Below, in pieces: positions 15,887 to 25,564 of a stretch of DNA of 64,000 nucleotides. A program made the translations under genes and the position numbers. A model generated the notes under the pieces. It was not told the origin of the DNA, did not search any database, and was given only the letters and a program-made list of their open reading frames with translations. The stretch is from a virus. The stretch spans positions 32,001 through 96,000 of the IMG/VR virus record IMGVR_UViG_3300046779_002349, one strand, 5' to 3'. Position 1 is the first letter of the stretch; each line of letters starts with the position of its first letter.

Positions 15887-18268
15887 ATGTTTGATCAGAC
15901 TACAGATATTTTACTTAAGATTCCAGCGAGTCACGCAGTAGTGCAGGCATGCGGGTCTAAAATAAAAATTTTAAATAACAAAATACACACAGACTGTCCT
16001 GAGTGCAGTAGTAAGATGTGGATTCACAATAATTCTTTTGTTTGCGAAAACTCCATGTGCAGATTGAAAGTGGCTTCACCATTTGAGTTTCTAGCTACGA
16101 GTATGTTTAGAAAGGATGTGGACAAAGCAGTCCCTTACTTTCAAAACCTAATTGACCCAAAAGGAAAAATTATTATTGATCAACGTGAACTATCTGCAGA
16201 CTTATTACTACGTAGAAAACTATTACAGCTATTCATAGATTCTATCCTAGACCCGCACGATACTTTTGAAGACATCACTATTAATGGATGGTTACGTCAA
16301 CAGGGTATTGTTATTGAGAACATAAGAGAGATTGCTACAGTCTGGAGTAGAACTCAATTGAATAAGTATGAAGATTTAATTTCTGCGTTTGGGCTAAAAA
16401 AAATACCTCACGCTGATTACTATTTGGTTATACCATATTTCACTTCCCCTAGCACTATTGGAGGTGTATTGATTACGTCTCCGGAAATGGATGTACCAAT
16501 TAGGCATAACTTTTCTAGTAAGAAGTATATGTGGGCTGGATTATTAAAAAATAATACTATCTCAAAAGAGTATTTGGTTACTGCTAGTTTTAGTAATCTA
16601 CTGGATCTTATAGGAAGTAATAGGATGTTGATAACGGATCAAATTCCTATTTTGAGTGCCTATGTAAATCCTTCTGGTTTTGACTATGATTTTGTGCCAG
16701 ATAGAATTCATTATCTGTTCGACGCCTCTAGTGAAATATTAGCGGATACGATTTCTTATTTAGCCGAGGATTGTGAAGATTTTATAGTAGGTAACATACT
16801 TAAGTGCCCGACTGTAGATAACGCTCTGACTTGGGATGAGTTTCTTGATCGCTATATTATGGCCATGATTTCAAGATCAGGAATAAACTCAGCTACACTT
16901 GCGTTTATTGATTCTTGTCGTTTGACTGGGGCTCAGGAGTATCGCATATTAAACACTCTTCTGTTAAATGGTTTCCATAAAGAAAATGCTAAATTGAAAA
17001 CTCATTTTAGTAATAAGGTTATCTTCCTAGATAACAACACGAGTGTAGCCCAGAGAGCGGAGGGATATGTTCTATCAACTGGTAAAAGCGTTAAAAAGGT
17101 TACTCAGATTAGCAACTTTACGCTGGAGATCGAAAGAAACGTAGCTTTTCCTGATCAGAAAAAAGTAATCTCTGAGGCTACTGCTAGTTTTAAAGATCAG
17201 CAGCTAAAAGTATGGATTCCTTTAGATGGATTAGAAACTGCAAATACTGTGGAAGAGGCTGTGAGAAATGCTTGGATTATCAGCGATCATGCAAAACAAA
17301 GTGATGATTCTATTCCACTTATTATTAACAAGCTTGATTTTAGAAAGTACATATCCCCGTACACGAGAAACTTAGCGGCTAAGTGCCCATACTCACAAGG
17401 TATTTCATTTCTGGGATGGGATTTTAATAAGACTAAATTTCAAGGGCCAGGTTGGCATATTGATGAAAATGGAATTCAGCAAAATGAGGCAATTCTTTAC
17501 CCAGACTCGGAATTCCTAAATTGCTATAATCACGTAAAGTTTTCTTTCGGTAACTCGGAAATGTTGACTGTATCGGACAAGAAAGCTATAGCCTTGATTG
17601 TCGGTATGATTGGTAGAGGATTTTTCGATAAACTTACTAATGGGATTAAATGTCCTAGCGATATTAATAACTGTGTTACTGATCTTTTGTTTACTATAGG
17701 GCAGGTAAAATACTTGAGCCCTGACACAAGAGAAATTAAAATATCTCAAAACAATGGTTTTCCTGTTGGGGTTATTAATACTTCTGATTTTTTTAGATCT
17801 AAAACTATAAGCCCTGTTATTGACTTAGATAGAAATAGCAATCTAGGACTTGTTGGAAATACTAAGAATTATTTTTATTTCCTAATGAATGCTGTTGTAA
17901 CTGGATTGATCAAAAAACTGATTGATGCACCTTCACGGTTTAATAGTTGCGACATCTCTACTACTCTGGTACAAGAAGGCTTGCATTACATTGAACAGGC
18001 TATTGGAGAAAGATGGGAATTGGCTATTGCTCTTAGCGAATACGACATTCTGTTTAGTTCTATGTCCAAGGAGGATCTCAGGACTAAGTTCAAAATCAAC
18101 CCATCAAGAGGAGTCGTCACCTACAAGGTTTCCGAATTGCCTAATATTTCCATAGCGTCGACAAAAGAAGGGGACCTTGGAATGATACCTCTACACGACT
18201 TTACCAATAAGGTGTACGCCTATTATGAGGATACTGATATCGATTTTGAATACGAATTATCCAATTAG
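15887..18268 (+). CDS. Large Zn-ribbon protein, possibly primase/helicase-related
   Basis: N-terminal CPEC...CENSMC zinc ribbon; central ISNFTLEIE and LGWD segments recall DUF927-type replication proteins; no clear Walker A. Preceded by TTGCTT-N17-TAAAAT. Confidence 0.4.
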   Translation: MFDQTTDILLKIPASHAVVQACGSKIKILNNKIHTDCPECSSKMWIHNNSFVCENSMCRLKVASPFEFLATSMFRKDVDKAVPYFQNLIDPKGKIIIDQRELSADLLLRRKLLQLFIDSILDPHDTFEDITINGWLRQQGIVIENIREIATVWSRTQLNKYEDLISAFGLKKIPHADYYLVIPYFTSPSTIGGVLITSPEMDVPIRHNFSSKKYMWAGLLKNNTISKEYLVTASFSNLLDLIGSNRMLITDQIPILSAYVNPSGFDYDFVPDRIHYLFDASSEILADTISYLAEDCEDFIVGNILKCPTVDNALTWDEFLDRYIMAMISRSGINSATLAFIDSCRLTGAQEYRILNTLLLNGFHKENAKLKTHFSNKVIFLDNNTSVAQRAEGYVLSTGKSVKKVTQISNFTLEIERNVAFPDQKKVISEATASFKDQQLKVWIPLDGLETANTVEEAVRNAWIISDHAKQSDDSIPLIINKLDFRKYISPYTRNLAAKCPYSQGISFLGWDFNKTKFQGPGWHIDENGIQQNEAILYPDSEFLNCYNHVKFSFGNSEMLTVSDKKAIALIVGMIGRGFFDKLTNGIKCPSDINNCVTDLLFTIGQVKYLSPDTREIKISQNNGFPVGVINTSDFFRSKTISPVIDLDRNSNLGLVGNTKNYFYFLMNAVVTGLIKKLIDAPSRFNSCDISTTLVQEGLHYIEQAIGERWELAIALSEYDILFSSMSKEDLRTKFKINPSRGVVTYKVSELPNISIASTKEGDLGMIPLHDFTNKVYAYYEDTDIDFEYELSN

Positions 18269-19021
18269 CAGCACATCGGGGTCAATTCTAAATTCTTCTG
18301 CTTCTACAGCTAGCCCAGAAATAATTAACGGTGTCGTGTAGGACCAAGCAATGTAATCCAATGTGTATTCTTGTGCTGTAGGATTATTTAAAGTAATAGT
18401 GAATCCGTCAGCAGTGATATTGGACACAACAACTCCAGCTACACTTTGTTCGTTTTCGTCAATGAGTCTAGCATGCACTGATTGAGGGGCATTGAAAAAA
18501 TTAGGTTGAAAAGGAACGAAAGTTTGCGTAGTACCTGCGGGAATTACATGATAGTTTCTCACTACATACCGTAGAGGTCTATTGATATCAGGTCTTCTAT
18601 AGTTTGAGCCAATTCCTAAGTTAAATGGGCTGTCATTATTTACGATAACCCAACGCTTGGAAGCAGAATTAGCTTTAACATCAAGAATCGTTTGTCCGAC
18701 AGGTAGGGCTTTTTCTGTACCGTCGATAACGAAAATGTAGTATCGTCTTCCATCTTCTCTAATCTCTTCTAAGACATGTTCTCCTTCGGTGTCCATAAGA
18801 AGAACTTTATTGTCAATGGTAGTAAGTGCTACAGGAAAAGGATATGTAAACGATAGTCCTTGGTCTACAGAAAACATTTCAAACACAATAGAACCATCCG
18901 CATTAGCTACGACCTGACTATCATATACAGGAGTTGTAGTAGGCATTAATCCAGGAATGGCAAATGAATTAACATTGTAACCTGTGGAACCTTTAAAATT
19001 ATCTGGAATTGGATAGCTCAT
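18257..19021 (-). CDS. Virion structural protein (tail/baseplate-associated)
   Basis: Last gene of the baseplate cluster; C-terminal FxxAP...VSNITADGFTI resembles fibre-associated beta domains. Confidence 0.45.
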   Translation of the reverse strand: MSYPIPDNFKGSTGYNVNSFAIPGLMPTTTPVYDSQVVANADGSIVFEMFSVDQGLSFTYPFPVALTTIDNKVLLMDTEGEHVLEEIREDGRRYYIFVIDGTEKALPVGQTILDVKANSASKRWVIVNNDSPFNLGIGSNYRRPDINRPLRYVVRNYHVIPAGTTQTFVPFQPNFFNAPQSVHARLIDENEQSVAGVVVSNITADGFTITLNNPTAQEYTLDYIAWSYTTPLIISGLAVEAEEFRIDPDVLLIG

Positions 19022-19413
19022 TATACAATATCTACAACTTCTTGTTCTTGAATTAAATTAAATGTCCTAAAAGATCTAAGTAGCATTTGAGTGTCGTCTT
19101 TAATAATCTGCATACCTTCTTCTAGTGCATCAGATGTGTGAAAATGAAATTCTGCAGAATCTTTTCTGTAGAATGGAATTGGAAGCCCATCAATCTCAGT
19201 TGGCGCTCCTATTGGTAATTCATTCATCTGTACGATACTAGCCACAGCTTCACACATATCTCCAGTAGTGGGGGCGTCTGTTCCTTGTGCGTGAAATACA
19301 AAAATATTAGAGTCTAGACCTGGTTCGGTTGATAGGGCAGTAACCCTCAAGGGCCAGGAATTCTTGGCAATTTCTGGTTCAGCGATGGCTTCAAATGTAA
19401 GTCTTATTCCCAT
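19021..19413 (-). CDS. Putative virion structural protein
   Basis: Packed within the baseplate operon. Confidence 0.45.
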   Translation of the reverse strand: MGIRLTFEAIAEPEIAKNSWPLRVTALSTEPGLDSNIFVFHAQGTDAPTTGDMCEAVASIVQMNELPIGAPTEIDGLPIPFYRKDSAEFHFHTSDALEEGMQIIKDDTQMLLRSFRTFNLIQEQEVVDIV

Positions 19414-20816
19414 AGAGTGTCGTGCATAATTATAGCATTAAGAGGAGTGTGTGTCTCCAAAAAATCTAATGCTGTCTGAATCTGAGTAAAGTTTAATTTT
19501 TCGCTGAATAAAACAATAAGAATATTATCTCCGTAAAAGGAAAGATACTCTCTAAGAATATTTACGTAAAAAGTTTCCCCTACATCAGCTCCTGGTACGT
19601 ACTTGTCCTTTAGATAGTCACTAAATCTGGTAATGGGGTTTCCGTAGTCGTCATATCTAGGAATGCTTTCAAACGTTTTTCTAGCACTGTTAGCATAGTC
19701 AGATACTTCTCTTCCTGGAAAACCAATCTCAACAATATCTTCTCCTACGGTACACCTAATTTCTATATCCATAAGCTCGAGAACACCTACTGGAGTTTTT
19801 AATTTAAACTTTGTTTTAGGTCCGATGAGAGGTGCTACTTCGCTGGAAGACCCTTGTAGTAGTGTAATTGGGTTTCCTGGGAACGAACCTGCAACTTGTG
19901 GGCCGACAACTTGCACTTCTTGGGAAAGCACACTGACACCACCGCTCTCGTCTGCTATCACAGTCGCTTCTGGGATGCTCTGACTGTACACTATGTTTAT
20001 GTCGTTTACAGAGGTGTACCCTACTACTTGGCAAAGAGCCTCCCTCAAATTTAGTATAGAGTTATTTTGTCTTAGATACTTAGATATTTTGTCGACCCCA
20101 ATCGTTTCTGGGTCTACAGAAAATGGAAACCCTAAAAGCGTACTTCTTTTCTCGTACCCGCTTACTACATAAACATGAGTATCGAATAATTCATGCAAAG
20201 GCGCTGTGAATTTTAGGTTATTAAACTCTACGGTAAAGTCTAGACCGTAAATTAGATAACCTCTTTTGGACAGAATGATCGTTGGTATCTTTCCTTCGAT
20301 AGGTATAATAAACTGTGGTTGTCCTGTGACAAATCCTGTCTGACCTACCTGTAAATAATCTCCAAAAAAATCTCCTTCTCCGTCAGGGTGTTGTGAGAAC
20401 CCCCATAACAAAAACTTTCCATTATGGTGTTGCCAGACCCTGTTAGATCCTGGGTCAAGTCCATAAACACCCATTAGGTTTGTATTTATTTGGCGTAAAG
20501 GAACTTCCTCAGTATTTTCATCGGTGTCCAGGCTTCTGCTTATATAATTGGATGGGTTTAGATTACTATACGTAATTTTACTGTAATCTATATCTAAATT
20601 GTATGGAATGGAGTTTACGACTGGTTTTCCACTCGTTAGTTTACTTTCTACATAGTCGCAGTAATCCCAGGCTGCCGAACCATGCTGAAATCTAGTAAAA
20701 AGTCGTACTATGTTTTTAGCTTTTTCCGAACCTTTGGATAGCCAGAAGTCACCAATATAAGCAGGTATATTGGTCTTTAACTGCAATCTGTTGTCTATAA
20801 GTGTATTACAGGACAT
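19404..20816 (-). CDS. Putative baseplate wedge protein
   Basis: Follows the baseplate-J-like gene; C-terminal FLETHTPLNAII is typical of wedge subunits. Confidence 0.5.
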   Translation of the reverse strand: MSCNTLIDNRLQLKTNIPAYIGDFWLSKGSEKAKNIVRLFTRFQHGSAAWDYCDYVESKLTSGKPVVNSIPYNLDIDYSKITYSNLNPSNYISRSLDTDENTEEVPLRQINTNLMGVYGLDPGSNRVWQHHNGKFLLWGFSQHPDGEGDFFGDYLQVGQTGFVTGQPQFIIPIEGKIPTIILSKRGYLIYGLDFTVEFNNLKFTAPLHELFDTHVYVVSGYEKRSTLLGFPFSVDPETIGVDKISKYLRQNNSILNLREALCQVVGYTSVNDINIVYSQSIPEATVIADESGGVSVLSQEVQVVGPQVAGSFPGNPITLLQGSSSEVAPLIGPKTKFKLKTPVGVLELMDIEIRCTVGEDIVEIGFPGREVSDYANSARKTFESIPRYDDYGNPITRFSDYLKDKYVPGADVGETFYVNILREYLSFYGDNILIVLFSEKLNFTQIQTALDFLETHTPLNAIIMHDTLWE

Positions 20817-22518
20817 TGTTTCCTACCTCTCTAAATAGAATGCTTGACCGATCCAATAGAAAGCTTATGTTTCTAGGACCTGTAGCATAATGCATATTTT
20901 CTTCGAAATCAGGATTAGTATCAGAAACGCTAATGGCAAAGTTATTAGACCCAGTTATAATAAATGTTGGGACCTCCTGGGATATACTCTCCAGCGCACT
21001 TACTGTCGACGGAACTTCGTTTAGAACATGCGTACATGGGCAGAGTCGCAAAACTGCGTCAGACTCTATTTTAAATACATTAGAAGCTCCAGAATAAAAC
21101 ATACTATCAATAATGCTAGCGTCCGAATAGGACTCTGGCCATGACACGTTCTGCAGATAAGTTAAAATCTCACTAGACGCTTTTGATTGGTCTAGGCGCA
21201 CTCCTCTTTTTCTAGAGTGATTAATGTAAAGGGCTGTGAAATCTATAGGCACAAAGCTTTTTACTACAAGGTCAACTCCTATAGGTTTAGTATCAGGAGA
21301 AGAGAAAAAATCTTCAATTATCTTAATCCCAGGATCTGCTCTGTATGTAACCTCGAATACTTGATACAATTGATTTGTAGCTGTATCCCGTAGTGGAGGC
21401 AGCAAAGGAGCTCCGTTGGCCATTATTTTTGGAGTTACATGTAACCACACTCTAAAATTTGAACTACCCGCCGCACTCAACTTAGGCATCTTGCTATTGG
21501 TAGAGTAGAAATAAGATTTAAACTCTAGATTCTGATCCTCAATGTCTGCGAAAAAAACAGCGTCTATCGCTAATGGAGTTTCCGTAAAAATGACTTCTCC
21601 AAAGTAACTATTTGTAGTTACGTCATAGTCAAGTCGGATTGGTTCTTTTAGCGCGGAACCATACAAGGCAGTCTTTACATAAAGATCTACCTTTGGTTCT
21701 GGTAAGCCAAGAGGGTTTACACTCTGTCTAGCCATTTCTACGTCAGAAGAAATAACTGGAGAAACTGCAGTTACTTCTGGAAATTCTTGCCTTACCAACC
21801 TTACGAGCCCACTTCGGTTAGTAGAGTTTGCTGATACAGCGGTAACCCTGGTTTTATTAGCTAGATCTTGTATAGAGTTTGTTTGTGCTCTGGTCCAAAA
21901 AGTACCCACAGCGTAAGCTTCTACTATGTCGGGAATAAGCTCCGATAACTCAAAAGTATCTAAATTTTCTACAGTACTTTCGTCCATACTGTATACAGAT
22001 ATATCTACATAAAATCTATTGTTGATACCTGTTAAAACTACATCATTTCTGTTTGGATCTCTTTTTTGCCCAGGAGGTAAAATTCTAATAGCACCTTCCT
22101 TGTACACACGAGGCATAAAGATCTGAGTTCCGCTTCTAAATTGTATACTGCGATCTACTTGTTTAAAGGTGGGTGTCGTAAATACCAATCTTATTACACC
22201 ACTGGACGTTATGTCTGTGTAGTTTGATGTAGAAAAGTTTTCCAGATATTTTGAAACAAACTCACAATTGTAAATCTTTCCAGAGGCTGGATTAGCTAGG
22301 TCCAGGTCAGAAGTAAAATTAGTGAGAGCTGCGTCTAGCCCTGCGTTAATAATACTACTAGAGCCTACAATCAAATCTCCAACTACTGATCCTGGGTGGG
22401 TATCTACCTCCTCAGTCGAGTTTGCTGCTACCCACAGACGTAAATTTTGATGATACCTTACTAGATCCAAATTATCTAGGGTAGTAGGAAAATAAGTAGA
22501 AAAAGTGTCTATGCTCAT
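20806..22518 (-). CDS. Baseplate J/gp6-like wedge protein
   Basis: DTHPGSVVGDL, SGVIRLVF, FPEVTAVSPV, KVDLYVK: baseplate-J-like pattern; gene order fits. Confidence 0.65.
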   Translation of the reverse strand: MSIDTFSTYFPTTLDNLDLVRYHQNLRLWVAANSTEEVDTHPGSVVGDLIVGSSSIINAGLDAALTNFTSDLDLANPASGKIYNCEFVSKYLENFSTSNYTDITSSGVIRLVFTTPTFKQVDRSIQFRSGTQIFMPRVYKEGAIRILPPGQKRDPNRNDVVLTGINNRFYVDISVYSMDESTVENLDTFELSELIPDIVEAYAVGTFWTRAQTNSIQDLANKTRVTAVSANSTNRSGLVRLVRQEFPEVTAVSPVISSDVEMARQSVNPLGLPEPKVDLYVKTALYGSALKEPIRLDYDVTTNSYFGEVIFTETPLAIDAVFFADIEDQNLEFKSYFYSTNSKMPKLSAAGSSNFRVWLHVTPKIMANGAPLLPPLRDTATNQLYQVFEVTYRADPGIKIIEDFFSSPDTKPIGVDLVVKSFVPIDFTALYINHSRKRGVRLDQSKASSEILTYLQNVSWPESYSDASIIDSMFYSGASNVFKIESDAVLRLCPCTHVLNEVPSTVSALESISQEVPTFIITGSNNFAISVSDTNPDFEENMHYATGPRNISFLLDRSSILFREVGNNVL

Positions 22519-22889
22519 TAAATTCTGAAATTTTCTGGATTTTCGGAGATTATAACATTAACTTTAAGTTTTGGCGAATTCAAAAATAATGAACTAGCAT
22601 CAATGTTGACTCTCATAAGTCTAAATGTTTGGCTGTTGTATTGCCTATAAAAATTATACGCATCTAGAGCCGCAAAGTTTGCCAAGTGTTGTGCCCTTGT
22701 GTTGTTAATGTAATTTTTACCAATAAAGAAAACATCCAGGTCAGTACCCTTGTTGACGAAAACTTTATCTGTACCTTTCTTTGTACCAACTACTACTGTT
22801 ACATTTTGTATATGACAGTCGTTACCTTCAATCTTTGAAAAATTGAAATCAAACTCATTTCCATTAATGTCTAAGCCTACTCCTGTCAT
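22518..22889 (-). CDS. gp25/GpW-like baseplate protein
   Basis: 123 aa with GTKKGTDKVF..GTDL motif, immediately upstream of baseplate J. Confidence 0.55.
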   Translation of the reverse strand: MTGVGLDINGNEFDFNFSKIEGNDCHIQNVTVVVGTKKGTDKVFVNKGTDLDVFFIGKNYINNTRAQHLANFAALDAYNFYRQYNSQTFRLMRVNIDASSLFLNSPKLKVNVIISENPENFRI

Positions 22890-23200
22890 AATTTATCTAT
22901 TTTACTAGATGATACATAATTTTCCGCATATAGTCCACTCAATCCTATTCCTTTCAAGTACTTATGATTTCTGTTACCATATTTGAAGTCCCTAAGTAGC
23001 GCAATAGCCCAATTCTTTTTGAGTTTAGCTGGAATAGACATGGGGTTAGCTGCAGCCTCTTCCACTGCTTTATTTACTATGTCTTCTAATGCTTGCTCGT
23101 CTACAACAAAATCCTCAACAGCTCTCCCTTGTATGATATCTCGTATCTCGGAGCGGTCTGCAAACCTTTCTGTGGAAATATATTTTGTTCTAAACTTCAT
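22886..23200 (-). CDS. Hypothetical protein (baseplate cluster)
   Basis: 104-aa ORF coupled to both neighbours. Confidence 0.55.
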   Translation of the reverse strand: MKFRTKYISTERFADRSEIRDIIQGRAVEDFVVDEQALEDIVNKAVEEAAANPMSIPAKLKKNWAIALLRDFKYGNRNHKYLKGIGLSGLYAENYVSSSKIDKL

Positions 23201-24015
23201 TACTGCGCCAATACATTATATGTTTCCTCTACTCGCTTAATAATTCTAGAGAGTCTCTTACTTACTACATCGGGACCTACACCAAGCATACTGGCTATTT
23301 CGTTATTTGTCATAGGTTTACTTCCTCCAAAACCTAATCTATGCTCCATAATTTTTCTGTCTACCTTATTAGCGTCCGCATAAACGTAATGCATAGCTTC
23401 ATCGGTATTATCTGTTTGGCTTTGATTGATGGCGTCAGCAGAAATTGCTCCGGAGTCTGGAGTTTTATACAACATGGATCGAACCTTATTTATGCGTTTG
23501 ATGGGCATTTTGATGTAGTCCGACAATTGTTCCAGATCTGGTTCTTCTCCATTTAAATCCGTAAGTTCTCTGGTACCTCTTTCAATTTGGAAAGCGTCTA
23601 GCTGAACTCGTTCTGGTAGCTTTACTACAGAGTTCAACTCTCTTTTTTTTCTACGCAATTGTTTCAATTGATTAGACGCCCAAGTCTGTAGTGCTACCCC
23701 TTGGGATGGGTCGTATGTTTTTACTGAGTCAGCTACGAGTAACATTGCCTCATTTTTTAAAAGGCTGTTATTAGGCTCTCCGAGTTGTGCGAGCGTATTG
23801 CCAATAAGTGGTGATAGCTTATTCACAACCCCAAATAGTTTTTGAGGTTGTGGGTCTAAGACATAATCATCGTAAAGCGCTTTTAGATCAGCGCTTTGCT
23901 GAGTTTTTGACAGCTCTCCTAACTGCCTCTCTGGCAGCAGCGGCTTCTGTATATTTTCGGATAACGGCATTTCTGGAACAGCGAGTGCAGTTTCTGGGAA
24001 GTCGAGAGAGTTCAT
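23200..24015 (-). CDS. RNA polymerase sigma70-family factor (phage-encoded)
   Basis: Region 2 YDPSQGVALQTWA, VVKLPER, region 3 GEEPDLEQLSDY, region 4 HTH RLGFGGSKPMTNNEIASMLGV. Confidence 0.85.
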   Translation of the reverse strand: MNSLDFPETALAVPEMPLSENIQKPLLPERQLGELSKTQQSADLKALYDDYVLDPQPQKLFGVVNKLSPLIGNTLAQLGEPNNSLLKNEAMLLVADSVKTYDPSQGVALQTWASNQLKQLRRKKRELNSVVKLPERVQLDAFQIERGTRELTDLNGEEPDLEQLSDYIKMPIKRINKVRSMLYKTPDSGAISADAINQSQTDNTDEAMHYVYADANKVDRKIMEHRLGFGGSKPMTNNEIASMLGVGPDVVSKRLSRIIKRVEETYNVLAQ

Positions 24016-24047
24016 AGTTTAACTTTTTCTGTAGATCTGGGTATTTA

Positions 24048-24821
24048 TCAAGAGCTGACATTTTGCTTGGATTCAAATTCAGCTTTTATTTTATCATAAA
24101 ACCTACGCTTTAATCCAGCCTTATTACACTCAGGACACTTTACTCCTTTGGATGCATACGAATCTTCCATTGTCTTCAGCTGCTTAAAGTATTCTACCCT
24201 ATACTCGGCACATCCAGAAAAGTTGCACTCTGCTGTTTCTGAGAATACATTTTCTACGTATTCCTCAAGTAGTTTTGTTTTTCCAATAAGTTTTGATTTG
24301 CCAGAGGAATCAATTTCTACAAGATGTCCTCCGATATCCTTAATTTCTAAAATACTCTTTTTAGGTTCTACCGGACCCGTTTGCTGGGGTGCGTTTGTAG
24401 TAGTATCCTTAATTTTGTCTTTTCTAGGTTTTCTTGTTTTAGGTTTATCTTGCTGTGATGCTGTTACAGAGTTTCCGGATGTTCCGATGTGTGATGTAAG
24501 CCAACTAGAGACAGCAAATGCAATAAAGCATAAAATGAAATCCAAAACAATACCCGTAGTTATAAAGGTGATTGCCCATACAATTGCTACTAGACACCAC
24601 GCTATATGCCACGATAAGCAAATAGGACACGTCAGTAAACTATGAATAAAGTATGGTTTTGTAACTAGCCAATTCTCAAAGTCTGAAAACGTGTACAGTT
24701 TTTTACTTTTTGGTAAAAAAACATTTGTCAGGTGGCATACCAAAGTGGATTCAAACCAAGCCTTGATAAAGTACATAGCCAGAAACGGTACTGCTAATAG
24801 TATGAGGTTGTGATATGTCAT
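24048..24821 (-). CDS. Membrane protein with a DUF1360-like N-terminus and C-terminal Cys motifs
   Basis: Hydrophobic helices, LLTCPICLSWHIA, C-terminal CNFSGC and CPEC. Confidence 0.55.
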   Translation of the reverse strand: MTYHNLILLAVPFLAMYFIKAWFESTLVCHLTNVFLPKSKKLYTFSDFENWLVTKPYFIHSLLTCPICLSWHIAWCLVAIVWAITFITTGIVLDFILCFIAFAVSSWLTSHIGTSGNSVTASQQDKPKTRKPRKDKIKDTTTNAPQQTGPVEPKKSILEIKDIGGHLVEIDSSGKSKLIGKTKLLEEYVENVFSETAECNFSGCAEYRVEYFKQLKTMEDSYASKGVKCPECNKAGLKRRFYDKIKAEFESKQNVSS

Positions 24822-24855
24822 GCGGAAATATTAATACACTCGCGTACTAATGCAA
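24822..24855 (-). promoter_or_regulatory. Promoter giving a probably leaderless mRNA
   Basis: TTGCAT-N16-TAATAT-N6-ATG. Confidence 0.5.
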
Positions 24856-24862
24856 GATTTTA

Positions 24863-25564
24863 TTACATTATGTCATCCCTTTTTACTGGATGACGTAATA
24901 GTGTATCGCTATGGCACGGTTCAATAGAGCTTCTACCAGGGTTAAACATAAGCGTGCCTGTGTGATATAGAGATGGCTTTCCTGGTCTGTTGATTAACCC
25001 GATACTAAGTCCAGCGCGCTTAATTGTGCTGGGGGCTGCTACTTCTGTGTAAATTTCTCTAGTTTCTTCGGCGGTGGTATCCCACACATGTATTGCAGCT
25101 TTAGATGCACGCATTATACAATTAAAGCTGCATACGTCATACCAGCTATCAAAATACGCCAATGCTGGATGATTAGGGTTGTCTTTTTTATGCATAAGCC
25201 TAGGCCAGATAGCATCTTCACTCTGGTCTAAAGTTTGAGTAAACAATCTCTCGAATGCTTGGTTAGGTCCGTCTACATCGGCTTCTATCATCCAGTAAAA
25301 CTCTGAATCTGGCAACAACTTAGAACACAAGGATAAGTGCATATGCATTCTAAACCATTCGTATATACCTCTATTATCGGATAACTCCGCATCTTTTGGT
25401 AGAAATTCTACAGGAATAGATACAGGAGTAGCTCCTTCCACACCAACATCTTCGGGAGTACCATACAAAAAAGGTATACCTAGTTTCGCGCATATGCTGG
25501 CTATCCTTTTTGCTCTGTTAGGATAGCCAGCTGAGTCAAAATAAATTACTGACTGCTTATACAT
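24863..25564 (-). CDS. Glycosyltransferase-like protein (GT-A-like)
   Basis: EFYWMIEADV (DxD-like), EVAAPST, HPVK end motif. Probable start MYKQ at 25564 overlaps the upstream stop. Confidence 0.45.
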   Translation of the reverse strand: MYKQSVIYFDSAGYPNRAKRIASICAKLGIPFLYGTPEDVGVEGATPVSIPVEFLPKDAELSDNRGIYEWFRMHMHLSLCSKLLPDSEFYWMIEADVDGPNQAFERLFTQTLDQSEDAIWPRLMHKKDNPNHPALAYFDSWYDVCSFNCIMRASKAAIHVWDTTAEETREIYTEVAAPSTIKRAGLSIGLINRPGKPSLYHTGTLMFNPGRSSIEPCHSDTLLRHPVKRDDIM

